Translations under genes and position numbers: made by a program | The notes under the pieces: model-generated | What the model was told of the DNA's origin: nothing | What the model saw: only the letters and a program-made list of their open reading frames with translations | The model's database searches: none | Assembly (NCBI GenBank): GCA_965207735.1 | Contig: OZ242296.1 | Span: 4,640,001-4,704,000 of the forward strand | Source of the DNA: Candidatus Versatilivorator sp. | GTDB lineage: Bacteria; Acidobacteriota; Terriglobia; Versatilivoradales; Versatilivoraceae | Direction of reading: 5' to 3' | DNA: 64,000 bases | In this document: positions 19,699-29,400 of the stretch, one piece after another | How the letters are laid out: every line of letters begins with the position of its first letter | How positions within the stretch are numbered: position 1 is the stretch's first letter

Positions 19699-21027
19699 AT
19701 GAGTGAGCGGCCCTCCACCACCGCCTCCGCCCGGCCCACAGGCATCCGCTGGCTGGTGTTGGCACTGGCTTGCGTGACCAGTTGGTTTCTCTACCTGCAC
19801 CGGTACTCCTGGGGCGTCATCAAGCCGGAGGTCAAGTCGGAATTCGGATTCTCGGACACCCAGTTGGGGTGGCTGGACTCCGCCTTCAACCTCTCCTATG
19901 CCCTGTTCCAGGTTCCCGGCGGCCTGCTGGGGGATCTGCTGGGGCCGGCGCTGGTGTTGCCGGTCATCATCTTCGCCTGGTCCGGTTGCGTGGCCGGCAC
20001 CGCCATGGTGGGACAGGCCTGGTCCTTTGCCGCCGTGCGCACCCTCTTCGGCCTGACCCAGGCCGGGGCCTATTCCAATCTCTCCAAGGTGACCCGCAGC
20101 TGGTTCCCCTTGTCGGTGCGCACCACCGCTCAGGGGCTGATCGGATCCTTTTCCGGACGGGCCGGCGGGGCCAGCGCCGCCCTGGTCGTCGGCACCTTGC
20201 TGCTCGGCTGGCTGCAGATGGGGTGGCAAGCGGCCATGGGGTGGCTGGCGCTGGCGGGAATCTGCTTTGCCGTTGTTTTTCGACTGCTGTTCACCGACAG
20301 CCCGGCCGGGCACCCCTGGGCCAATTCGGCGGAACAGGCGCTGATGGACCGCGAAGAGCCGGTCCAGGCGCCCGCATCCGGCGCCGCGCCCCGCCTGGAC
20401 CGGAGCCGGCCGGCCTTGGCCAACCTCGCCATGCTCATGCTTCATGGGGTGGCCAGCGCCGGCGCCGACATGCTCTACGTCTATTGGATCCCGCTCTTCC
20501 TGAGCGAGGCCAAGGGGTTCGACCCCGTCCAAATGGGGATCTTCGCCAGTCTGCCCCTCTGGGGCGGAGCGGCCGGCGGGGCCTTTGCCGGGGTGCTCAA
20601 CGACTGGCTCATTCGTCTCAGGGGTCGCAAGTTCGCCAGGAAGGCCGTGGGGCTGACAGGCAAGGTGCTGGCTTCCGTCCTGGTCCTGATCAGCCTCGAC
20701 CTGGAGGATGGTCGCCTGATCATGGTTCTGCTGGCGGGAGCCAAGTTTCTGACCGACTGGAGCCAGCCCACGGTCTGGGGAACCATTACCGACATTTCCG
20801 GTCCGGCCTCGGGCCGGGTCTTCGGAGCCGTCAACATGGCCGGCTCGGTGGGGGCCTTCGTGTCGGGACCCGTCCTGGGCTGGATCAAGCAACGGCTGGG
20901 CTGGTCGGTTCTCTTTCAAACCATTGCCGGAGCCTACGTTTTCGCGGGATTGTGCTGGCTGGCCATCGATGCCACCCGGAAAGTGTTCACCGTGGGGACA
21001 AACCCCTCCTCCGGACCCAACCCCTAA
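19699..21027 (+). CDS. MFS transporter (anion:cation symporter, sugar-acid type)
   Basis: ~12 TM helices; RWLVL, YALFQVPGGLLGD, WFP motifs. Confidence 0.88.
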   Translation: MSERPSTTASARPTGIRWLVLALACVTSWFLYLHRYSWGVIKPEVKSEFGFSDTQLGWLDSAFNLSYALFQVPGGLLGDLLGPALVLPVIIFAWSGCVAGTAMVGQAWSFAAVRTLFGLTQAGAYSNLSKVTRSWFPLSVRTTAQGLIGSFSGRAGGASAALVVGTLLLGWLQMGWQAAMGWLALAGICFAVVFRLLFTDSPAGHPWANSAEQALMDREEPVQAPASGAAPRLDRSRPALANLAMLMLHGVASAGADMLYVYWIPLFLSEAKGFDPVQMGIFASLPLWGGAAGGAFAGVLNDWLIRLRGRKFARKAVGLTGKVLASVLVLISLDLEDGRLIMVLLAGAKFLTDWSQPTVWGTITDISGPASGRVFGAVNMAGSVGAFVSGPVLGWIKQRLGWSVLFQTIAGAYVFAGLCWLAIDATRKVFTVGTNPSSGPNP

Positions 21028-21037
21028 GGAGTGCCTC

Positions 21038-22090
21038 GTGCGCCTGGTCGACAACATCCTTACCGCGTTTTTCTTCTTGTGGCTGCTCCTGGCCAGCGGT
21101 TCCGCCGCCGGTCTTGCGGCAGACATTCTGACCATGGAGAATGGCGACCGCTTGACCGGCCAGGTGAAAAAGGTGACCGGCCAGAGGGTTTTCCTGAAGA
21201 CCGCCTATGCCGGCACCATTCAGATCGACTGGCTGAAGCTGCAGGGCTTCAGCAGCGACCGCCGGTTCGAAGTGGAGGTCGAGCGCGGGCGCAAGTACCG
21301 GGGCAAGCTGGTCCTGGCTGAGGGAAAGCTCACGGTCGCAACCGCCAAGGAGACGGTTTCTGTCGAGAAGGACCGGGTGGTGGCTCTGGCTCCCAAGGCC
21401 GAGAAGGAAGGCGGCAGCCTGTGGAGGGAGGTGGAGGGGACCCTGGACCTGGGCTACAACCTGACCCGCGGCCATTCCCGTCTCCATCAGTCATCGTTGC
21501 TGGCAAGAGCCGAGTACGATCAGGGCCATTACAAGATCTCGGGGGACCTCTCTTCGATCCTCAGCCGACACGAGGATACTGACCCCACCAGCCGTCAGAC
21601 TGCGAGGATCCGCATCGACCGATTCATCAGTCCCCATCTCTTCCATTTTTCCCTCGGCAACTTCGAGCGCAATGACCGGCAGAGGCTCAATTTCCGCACC
21701 CTTCTGGGAAGCGGTCTCGGTTGGACCTTGATCAAGAACAAGAAGGCGGAATTCTCCCTGATAGGCGGTCTCACGTTTACCGGTGAACGGTTTCGCATGG
21801 ACGAAGGGGCGGCGGCCCCACCGAACATACGTAGCGGGGAGGGGTTGGCGGGAGTTGAATGGAAGGTGGATCTGTTTGACTGGATTGAATTTTCCAGCAA
21901 GCTGACGACTCATCCAAACCTTAGGGATGCAGAGGACTACCGCCTTGCATACGACGGCACCATGCGAATGCCACTCTCGAAGAATCTTAGCTGGAGCCTC
22001 AGCTTCTACGATCGATATGCCCACCGACCTCCGGTGAGGGTGCAACGGAACGACTTTGGGCTGGTCAGTGCCTTCGGCATCCATTTTTAG
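21038..22090 (+). CDS. DUF481-like outer-membrane beta-barrel protein
   Basis: Signal peptide, NGDRLTG N-domain, amphipathic strands, C-terminal Phe. Confidence 0.75.
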   Translation: MRLVDNILTAFFFLWLLLASGSAAGLAADILTMENGDRLTGQVKKVTGQRVFLKTAYAGTIQIDWLKLQGFSSDRRFEVEVERGRKYRGKLVLAEGKLTVATAKETVSVEKDRVVALAPKAEKEGGSLWREVEGTLDLGYNLTRGHSRLHQSSLLARAEYDQGHYKISGDLSSILSRHEDTDPTSRQTARIRIDRFISPHLFHFSLGNFERNDRQRLNFRTLLGSGLGWTLIKNKKAEFSLIGGLTFTGERFRMDEGAAAPPNIRSGEGLAGVEWKVDLFDWIEFSSKLTTHPNLRDAEDYRLAYDGTMRMPLSKNLSWSLSFYDRYAHRPPVRVQRNDFGLVSAFGIHF

Positions 22091-22251
22091 GCGGCCACCG
22101 TAGCGACCGAGTAAGCAAATCGCGGCATGGTATGCTTGCCATTCTTTTTGAGGGAGTGAGCCGGCAAGTCCGGGTGCTCTGCCTCGATACGGACTGGATG
22201 GGGATTGCCGTCGCTTATTGAGATCCGAGTGTCGGTCGGCAGAGGGGAACA

Positions 22252-23742
22252 ATGGAGGCAGTCGAATTCAGCCGGTTGAACCTGCTGGTGCTGGTGGTCT
22301 ACCTGTCGGCCCTGGTCTGGATCGGCCTGAGACTGGCGGGAAAGCAGCGGAGCACCGAGGATTTCTTCCTGGGCGGACGCCGCATGCCCTGGCTCGCGGT
22401 CGGAGTCAGCATGTTCGCCTCCCTCACCAGTGCGTCTTCCTTCCTGGGTGTCCCCGGCATTGCCTTTCGAGAAAACATCTCGATGGTGGTGCTCGGACTG
22501 GTGAGCCCGCTGGTGGCCCCTCTGCTGATCCTGATCTTCTATCCCTTCTACCGCCAGTTGCAGGTCATCACCGCTTACGAGTACGTGGATCTGCGCTACG
22601 GTCGGGCGGCGCGCTTGTGCGTGGCCGGATTGTTCTGCCTGGCCCGCATGGGCTGGTTGGGAGTGGTCATTTACTCTCCGGCCCTGGCCCTCTCGGTAAT
22701 GACCGGCATCGGCCTCTATCCCGCCATTTTCCTGATGGGGATTATCGCCACGGCCTATGCCACGGCAGGGGGACTGTCGGCGGTAATCTGGACCGACGTG
22801 CTCCAGTTCAGCCTGCTGGCGGGCGGCGCTCTGTGGGTGGCCCTGGCTCTGATGCACGGCGTGCCGGGCGGGGTGGCGCAAATCATGGCCGTGGCCGGCG
22901 AGACAGGCCGCCTGGACATCTGGCAGTGGCAGTTGAACTGGTTCGAGATGACGGCTTTGGGTGCGGCTCTCTCCTACCTGTTTCAGTTGATGCAGGACTA
23001 CGGCACCGACCAGGTCTCGGTGCAGCGCCTCCTGTCGGTTCGGGACGCCCGCGGCATGGCCAAGGCGGCCATCCTGAACTCCCTGATCGATCTCGTCCTG
23101 ATGAACGTGCTGCTGTTCGTGGGATTGGGCCTGTTCGCCTACTTTCAGTCTTTCCCGGAACGGCTGGCCGAGGGGGTGTCGGGTGACGGGATTCTGGCCT
23201 ACTACATAATCCACGCCCTTCCCGACGGCGTCTCCGGGCTGTTGATCACGGCCATCCTGGCGGCGGCCATGTCGAGCCTGGATTCGGGAATCAACTCGCT
23301 CTCCTCGGTCATCATGAACGACTTCATCAAGCCCTTCCGGCGCCGGACGGTCTCCAGCCTGTCGGAGGTCAAGCTGGCTCGGACCCTGACCCTGGTTCTG
23401 GGTATCTTCGCCATCGGCGCCGCCTGCTATACGGTGCGGATCGGCGAGATTCTCAAGGCCGCCTCGGCTTTTCTGAGTCTTTTCGGCGGTCCGGTGCTAT
23501 CGCTCTTTCTGCTGGGGATGTTGACCCGGCGAGCCCATTTCCGGGGGTGGATGCTGGGTACGCTGCCTTCGTTGGGAGTCTCGGTCTGGCTGCAGAACTG
23601 GACCGAGGTGCACTTCATCCACTATTTCCCCATCGCCTTCGGCATCAGCTTCGGCCTGGGCTACCTGGCCAGCCACCTTGTTCCCGGTCCCCGGGCAAAG
23701 CCGGAACTCACCCTTTGGGGGCGGCCTCCGATGAAGCTGTGA
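22252..23742 (+). CDS. Sodium:solute symporter (SSS family)
   Basis: DFFLGGR, GGLSAVIWTD, DQVSVQR, AAAMSSLDSGINS. Confidence 0.92.
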   Translation: MEAVEFSRLNLLVLVVYLSALVWIGLRLAGKQRSTEDFFLGGRRMPWLAVGVSMFASLTSASSFLGVPGIAFRENISMVVLGLVSPLVAPLLILIFYPFYRQLQVITAYEYVDLRYGRAARLCVAGLFCLARMGWLGVVIYSPALALSVMTGIGLYPAIFLMGIIATAYATAGGLSAVIWTDVLQFSLLAGGALWVALALMHGVPGGVAQIMAVAGETGRLDIWQWQLNWFEMTALGAALSYLFQLMQDYGTDQVSVQRLLSVRDARGMAKAAILNSLIDLVLMNVLLFVGLGLFAYFQSFPERLAEGVSGDGILAYYIIHALPDGVSGLLITAILAAAMSSLDSGINSLSSVIMNDFIKPFRRRTVSSLSEVKLARTLTLVLGIFAIGAACYTVRIGEILKAASAFLSLFGGPVLSLFLLGMLTRRAHFRGWMLGTLPSLGVSVWLQNWTEVHFIHYFPIAFGISFGLGYLASHLVPGPRAKPELTLWGRPPMKL

Positions 23743-24720
23743 TCAGGTTTCCAGCACGCAGGCAAAGATCAGCGGCGCCACGATGGTGGCATCCGATTCG
23801 ATCACGTAGCGGGGGGTGTGCACTGCCAGCTTGCCCCAGGTGATCTTTTCGTTGGGGACGGCGCCCGAGTAGGAGCCGAAGCTGGTGACGGAATCGCTGA
23901 TCTGGCAGAAATAGCTCCAGAGCGGGGTGTCCTCCAGCTTCAGGTCCAGCTTGAGCATGGGAACCACGCAGATGGCGAAGTCGCCGGCGATACCCCCGCC
24001 AATCTGGAAGAAGCCGATGGAGCCCTGCCTTGAAGTCTCTCGATACCACTCCGCCAGCGACACCATGTATTCAATGCCACTGCGTACGGTTTGGGGGTTC
24101 TTGATGGTGCCCTTGATGCAGTAGGAGGCAAAGACGTTCCCCAGGGTCGAATCCTCCCAGCCCGGCACGAACAGGGGCAGATCCTTTTCACAGGCCGCCA
24201 CCACCCAACTGTCCCTGGGATCGATCTGGTAGGAGTCGTCCAGAGCCCGGCTGCGCAGCAGTTGATAGACATACTCGTGCGGGAGATAGCTCTTTCCCGC
24301 GGCTTCGGCCTGGTACCAGAGTTCCCGGATGGCGTGATCCAGCTTCAGCATGGCGGCCTTTTCGGGAATGCAGGTGTCGGTCACTCGATTGAAGGACCGG
24401 CTGAAGAGATCCTGTTCGGCCTCCGGGGTCAGGTCTCGATAGTTGGGGATGCGGAGATACTCGTCGTGAGCCACCAGGTTGAAGAGGTCCTCCTCCAGGT
24501 TGGCTCCGGTGCAACTGATGGCGTGGATCTTGTCCTGCCGAATCATCTCCGCCAGGCTGACCCCGATCTCGGCGGTGCTCATGGCCCCGGCCAGGGTCAC
24601 CAGCATGCGGCCCCCCGATGCGATGAGTTCCCGGTACCCGTCAGCCGCATCGGACAAGGCCGCCGCATTGAAGTGGCGGAAGTGACGTCCAACAAACTTG
24701 CTGATGGGGTTGGATTTCAT
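23743..24720 (-). CDS. Deoxyhypusine-synthase-like protein (possible homospermidine synthesis)
   Basis: AGAMST, TGANLEED, IGGGIAGDF, GSYSGAVPNEKITWGK, ESDATIV. Confidence 0.9.
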   Translation of the reverse strand: MKSNPISKFVGRHFRHFNAAALSDAADGYRELIASGGRMLVTLAGAMSTAEIGVSLAEMIRQDKIHAISCTGANLEEDLFNLVAHDEYLRIPNYRDLTPEAEQDLFSRSFNRVTDTCIPEKAAMLKLDHAIRELWYQAEAAGKSYLPHEYVYQLLRSRALDDSYQIDPRDSWVVAACEKDLPLFVPGWEDSTLGNVFASYCIKGTIKNPQTVRSGIEYMVSLAEWYRETSRQGSIGFFQIGGGIAGDFAICVVPMLKLDLKLEDTPLWSYFCQISDSVTSFGSYSGAVPNEKITWGKLAVHTPRYVIESDATIVAPLIFACVLET

Positions 24721-24816
24721 GGAATCTGGAAGGCGCCCGGGCGGCCGTGACGGAAGGTTTGGGAAGCGGCCGCTCCCTTGAGAAAAACGACCGGAGCGGG
24801 CTCGGGCAGGGTCGCG

Positions 24817-26859
24817 TTACTGTTTGTCGGCCTTCGGGGTGGTGGCGTTCGTGGGAACGATCAGGGTCTGGCCCGGATGGATCAGATGGCCGCGGATGGC
24901 GTTGGCAGTCCTGAGCTGTCGGACCGAGACTCCGAATTTCCTGGCAATGGAACCCAGAGAGTCTCCGCGGCGCACCCGGTACCGGCCATTGGCGGCGCCG
25001 GTCTGTCGATTGCCGTTCGCCGCCGCCCGGACGGGTATCTTCAGCTTCTGACCCGCCAGAATGCGGGACCCTTTCAGCCGGTTGGCCCGCCGTATTTCGC
25101 CTACCGAAGTCCCGAAACGCCGGGCGATGATAGTCAGTGAATCGCCTCGCCTGACGCGATACAGCTTGGGCTGGGATGCCGGCGGCTGCGGCGAACCGGG
25201 CGGAGCTTGGGCTTTGGCCGAGGCCGTCGGCTCAGGACTGGCGGACTGCTTCGGAACCTGAGGCGAATCGGACAGCTTCAGCACCTGGCCCGGGTGAATG
25301 CGGGAGCCCCTGAGGCCGTTCATTCGCTTGATGGCTCCTACAGTGGTGCCGAACCGTCGGGCGATCACGCTCAGGGAGTCCCCCCGCCGGACTCGATAGC
25401 TCTCAGGCGCGGATGCCGCCGAAGCGGGCGCGGCCCGTGCCGCCGACTGTGACCGGGGGGAGCCGCCCTGGCCGGCCGAGGCTCGGGGCAAACCGGGGAT
25501 TCTCAAGACCTGGCCGGCATAGATCCGGGTTCCCTCCAGGTCGTTCAACCGTTGAACGGCCTTCACGGATGTCCCGAAGCGTCGCGCAATGACCGTCAAC
25601 GAGTCCCCCGATCGTACCCGATAGCCGTCCGGGGGCACCTTGGCGGGGGCGCCGCGCCAGCGGACGGCCGGGGCCTTGGCCAGGGCCAGCCGAGCCTCCG
25701 CCGCTTTGCTTGCCGGGACGCGGAGTTTGAAACCCGCCGGCAGAACCCGGGAACGGGTCCAGAGGCGGCGCTTGAACTGCGGGTTGTACTCCCGCAGGAG
25801 ATCCTGGGAAAGACCTTCAATGGCTGTGAAGGTCCTCACACGAACCGACGTTTCCAGGTAGATTTCCTGATACCGGTGGGGTTCCAACAGCTCCAGCGGC
25901 CCGAAGTAGGTGCGGTAGTTCTCGGAGACCTCGACGGCAGCCAGAAACTCGGGGTAGAAGTTCTTGCTGGCATAGCGGAACGACCTGGACTGGTACTTGT
26001 CGATGATGTTGAGGAGGTTGGGACCGTGACGGCGTTTGGCGCGGGCCATCCCGGCCTGGCCATGGTTGTAGGAGGTAATGGCCAGGGGCCAGTTGCCCAG
26101 TTTCCGATAGGCGTCCTTCAGATAGCGGGCGGCGCCGTCGGTAGCGGCGATGGGGTCCAGGCGTTCGTCGACGTTACGGCCTACCCGGAGCTTGTAGGCC
26201 CTGCCGGTCCTGGGCATGAACTGCCAGATGCCGGCGGCGCCCTTGCTGGAGCGGGAAGCATAGTTGAAGGAGGATTCCACGTGAGGGAGGCGCACCAGTT
26301 CTTTGGGAAGCCCGTGGCGCTCGAAGATGGCTTCCATGGTCTCCAGGTAGCGACCGGAGCGAATGATGCCCTTCCGGAACCTCTCCTTCACGCCTCTCTG
26401 GGCATGGATGTTGTGGCGCAGCTTTCCAAAGAGGGCGCGGGTGGGTTGCAGGCCGGCGGAGCGCACTACCTTCAGGATGCTCCGTTGCACCGCGTCGGGA
26501 TTCTCGGGATTGGGGTCGTGGGTCCGCAAGCGGTTCATGGCAACCGACAGCCGGTGAATGCGGGCGCGCACTGTCCTCCGGTGGCGTCTGGAGGCGGCTC
26601 TGCTGCGGCCGATACCCTCCTTGAACTCGACCACCTCGTAGATCAGCCTCAAGTCGTCGGTGTCGTGAAGGATGACCTGGTTGGCGCCATACCGGGTGAA
26701 GACAGCCCGCCAGAAGGCGACCCTGGGCTCATATCCCCGGGAGGGAAACTGGTGCGCGATTTGTGTGAGTGAGAAGCTCGGGGATTGGGCCTGGGCCAGG
26801 GCGAGAGGCGTGACAAGCAGGAGCCCTGTCAGAACCCACGGCCAAGTCAATCGGTGCAT
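24817..26859 (-). CDS. Lytic transglycosylase with four LysM domains (MltD-like)
   Basis: HVESSF, GAAGIWQFM, SYNHG SLT motifs; four YRVRxGDSL LysM repeats. Confidence 0.9.
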   Translation of the reverse strand: MHRLTWPWVLTGLLLVTPLALAQAQSPSFSLTQIAHQFPSRGYEPRVAFWRAVFTRYGANQVILHDTDDLRLIYEVVEFKEGIGRSRAASRRHRRTVRARIHRLSVAMNRLRTHDPNPENPDAVQRSILKVVRSAGLQPTRALFGKLRHNIHAQRGVKERFRKGIIRSGRYLETMEAIFERHGLPKELVRLPHVESSFNYASRSSKGAAGIWQFMPRTGRAYKLRVGRNVDERLDPIAATDGAARYLKDAYRKLGNWPLAITSYNHGQAGMARAKRRHGPNLLNIIDKYQSRSFRYASKNFYPEFLAAVEVSENYRTYFGPLELLEPHRYQEIYLETSVRVRTFTAIEGLSQDLLREYNPQFKRRLWTRSRVLPAGFKLRVPASKAAEARLALAKAPAVRWRGAPAKVPPDGYRVRSGDSLTVIARRFGTSVKAVQRLNDLEGTRIYAGQVLRIPGLPRASAGQGGSPRSQSAARAAPASAASAPESYRVRRGDSLSVIARRFGTTVGAIKRMNGLRGSRIHPGQVLKLSDSPQVPKQSASPEPTASAKAQAPPGSPQPPASQPKLYRVRRGDSLTIIARRFGTSVGEIRRANRLKGSRILAGQKLKIPVRAAANGNRQTGAANGRYRVRRGDSLGSIARKFGVSVRQLRTANAIRGHLIHPGQTLIVPTNATTPKADKQ

Positions 26860-27136
26860 AGCGCTATTAGAGTACAACTGAATGGGTTCGAAATCCAAAA
26901 ACTCTTTTCCGGGTGGCGATGAATTTCTTTGGGAACGGCCGGCCCGGTGATGCTTGTCCGCGGGGGTTGCACTCTTGCGAAGAGTGCCGAGGATTCAGCC
27001 ATTGGCGCAACTCGCCGCCAGGCGATAGCTTCAACCCTGAGGCTTTTTGTCCTTCAGATCGATCCTCCAGGTCTGTCATAATAGGCGCCGGTTTGGCTGC
27101 CTGCCTCTGTCTCGATGCTCCCGAGGAACTCAAGGT

Positions 27137-27643
27137 ATGGGAAAGGACCCACAGTCCAGCTCGCGCAGAACCTTCTATCAGAGGATGATCTATGGCGTGA
27201 GCAGCCTGATCGCGGCCTCGCTGACAATTCCTGCCGTCGGCTACCTGTTTCCGTCTCGAAGGAAGGGTGACGGCCAAGAAGGCTGGACAGACGCGGGCGA
27301 TGTTTCGGCTCTTCCCCTGAATGAACCCCGCGAACTCGCTTTCCAGCGCAAGCGGGTTGACGGTTGGAAGACCTCCACCGAGCGGTCTACCGCCTGGGTG
27401 GTCAGGACCGAGCGGGAGTTGATCGCCTTTTCTCCCCGATGCACCCACCTGGGATGCGGCTACCACTGGGAAACCGACAGCGATCGATTTGTCTGCCCCT
27501 GCCACACCTCCGGCTTTTCCATGACGGGAGAGGTGCTGGAGGGACCCGCCCCACGACCCCTGGACCGTTTCGAAACTCGTACGGAAGGGAACCGCCTCTG
27601 GCTCGGTGGGGTTCGTCCCATTTCGGAGAACGGCGGCCAATGA
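27137..27643 (+). CDS. Rieske Fe-S subunit of cytochrome bc complex
   Basis: SRRTF Tat anchor, CTHLGC and CPCH, GPAPRPL. Confidence 0.93.
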   Translation: MGKDPQSSSRRTFYQRMIYGVSSLIAASLTIPAVGYLFPSRRKGDGQEGWTDAGDVSALPLNEPRELAFQRKRVDGWKTSTERSTAWVVRTERELIAFSPRCTHLGCGYHWETDSDRFVCPCHTSGFSMTGEVLEGPAPRPLDRFETRTEGNRLWLGGVRPISENGGQ

Positions 27644-29286
27644 GGGACCTGATTCGAAGAATCCTGGATTGGGTGGACCATCGCACCGGGTTCGAGACGG
27701 CCGTCAAGAACTTCCTCTACGAGGACATCCCCGCTTCCAGCAGCTGGCACCAGGTCTTCGGCAGCATTGCCCTCTTCCTCTTCTTCGTCCAGGCCTTTAC
27801 CGGCGTTCTGCTGGCCTTCAACTACGCCCCCCAGCCCGGGGATGCCTACCACAGTCTCCAATACATTGTAAGCGAGATCACCGGCGGACGTCTGATCCGG
27901 GGGCTCCACCACTGGGGGTCCAGCCTCATGGTAGTGGTGGTGGGGCTGCACATGATCCAGGTGGCCTTGTGGGGAGCCTACAAGAAACCGCGGGAGGCGA
28001 CCTGGATTCTGGGGGTGTTGCTGCTGTTGCTGGTGCTGGCCTTCGGGCTGACCGGCTACCTGCTTCCCTGGGACAACCGGGCCTACTGGGCCACGGTGGT
28101 GACCATCCAGATTGCCGGCCTGGTGCCGCTGTTCGGGGAGTACATTCTGGAGTTTCTGGGCGGGGCCGAGGGCGTGGGTGTTTCCACCTTCACCCGTTTT
28201 TACACCCTGCACGTCCTGATGCTGCCGGCCTTGACCGTGCTCCTGATGATGCTCCACATCCACCTGGTGCGAAAGCACGGAGTAACTCCGTCTCCCCGGG
28301 CGATCGGGCAGCCCAAGAAGAAATTCTATCCCGGGCAGGCCTTCAAGGACCTGATGGCCTTTTTCGCCGTCTTCATCCTCCTGTTTGTTCTGGCAGCCAC
28401 GGTGGACGTGCCCCTGGAGGGCCTGGCCGACCCCAGCGACAGCACCTATGTCCCCCGTCCGGAGTGGTACTTCCTCTTTCTTTTCCAGACGCTCAAATTC
28501 TTCGAAGGCCGCTGGGAAGTGGTTGGGGCGGTGATCCTGCCCACCCTGGCCGTCCTTGCCTTGCTTGCCGTCCCTTTTCTGGATCGCGCCAAGGTCAAGC
28601 GCATCCAGCAGCGGACGCTGGCCTTCGCCGTGGTGGGCCTGGTATTGGCCGGTTGGCTGGCCCTGACGGTGGCCGCGTTCTTGACCACCCCCGAGCCGGT
28701 GGCATCCGCTCGGGAGACGAGTCCGCCTGCCGCGGACTGGCGGTTCCTGACGCCGGTCGAGCTGGCCGGCCGAGCCTACTTCCAGCGGGAGAAATGCGCC
28801 CGTTGCCACAACCTGGCCGAGGGTGAGCCCAAGATGGGACCCACCCTGGCCACGGTTTCCCATCGAAAGTCGGCCGAATGGCTCATGGAGCACTTCAAGA
28901 ATCCGTCCGAAGTGGTTCCGGGCAGTCCCATGCCGGCCATGACCATTTCCGACGACGAGTTGACCTGTCTGGCAGCCTTTGTGCTGAAGCTGACTCCGGG
29001 CAACGCCACCGCTCTGGAGGTCGTACCCGACTACGCCATGCGCGGGGCTGTGATCTACCACGAAAGCCAATGCGCCTCCTGCCACGTCGTCAATGGAAGC
29101 GGAGAAGAGAGCGGTCCCCCTCTCAACGGAGTGGGCCAGCGCCGCACGGCCCAATGGCTGGAGGACCACTTCCGCGACCCCCAGAAGTTCGACCCCCAAA
29201 GCGTCATGCCCCCCTACGATTTCCCCCCCGACGACATGAAAGCCATCGTCGACTATATGAAGGCTCTGCCTCCGGCCAGTGAATAG
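27640..29286 (+). CDS. Cytochrome b fused to two c-type cytochrome domains
   Basis: RGLHHWG, GYLLPW, PEWY motif, CARCH and CASCH. Confidence 0.93.
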   Translation: MRDLIRRILDWVDHRTGFETAVKNFLYEDIPASSSWHQVFGSIALFLFFVQAFTGVLLAFNYAPQPGDAYHSLQYIVSEITGGRLIRGLHHWGSSLMVVVVGLHMIQVALWGAYKKPREATWILGVLLLLLVLAFGLTGYLLPWDNRAYWATVVTIQIAGLVPLFGEYILEFLGGAEGVGVSTFTRFYTLHVLMLPALTVLLMMLHIHLVRKHGVTPSPRAIGQPKKKFYPGQAFKDLMAFFAVFILLFVLAATVDVPLEGLADPSDSTYVPRPEWYFLFLFQTLKFFEGRWEVVGAVILPTLAVLALLAVPFLDRAKVKRIQQRTLAFAVVGLVLAGWLALTVAAFLTTPEPVASARETSPPAADWRFLTPVELAGRAYFQREKCARCHNLAEGEPKMGPTLATVSHRKSAEWLMEHFKNPSEVVPGSPMPAMTISDDELTCLAAFVLKLTPGNATALEVVPDYAMRGAVIYHESQCASCHVVNGSGEESGPPLNGVGQRRTAQWLEDHFRDPQKFDPQSVMPPYDFPPDDMKAIVDYMKALPPASE

Positions 29287-29314
29287 ACAGTGGAGAGTGG
29301 AGAGTGGAGAGTGA
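29287..29314. repeat. Heptamer tandem (agagtgg)n, family H
   Basis: acagtgg agagtgg agagtgg agagtga, directly after the stop codon. Confidence 0.7.
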
Positions 29315-29322
29315 TTGGCCGT

Positions 29323-29392
29323 GCCCCCGCCCGTCCGCGCGGATCATTCGAGGAAAGACGGCCGATCGTTGAATGAAGACGAACCACGAAGG
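29323..29392 (+). repeat. Dispersed repeat family B, copy 1
   Basis: ccccgccc..gcggatcattcgaggaaa..gaaccacgaa; homologous to 31498-31586 and 55086-55176. Confidence 0.7.
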
Positions 29393-29400
29393 AAAGTAAG

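Noticed and set aside
23743-24720. eIF5A-type hypusination system
   Set aside because: Bacterial DHS-like proteins are widespread and linked to polyamine synthesis; no partner gene here.
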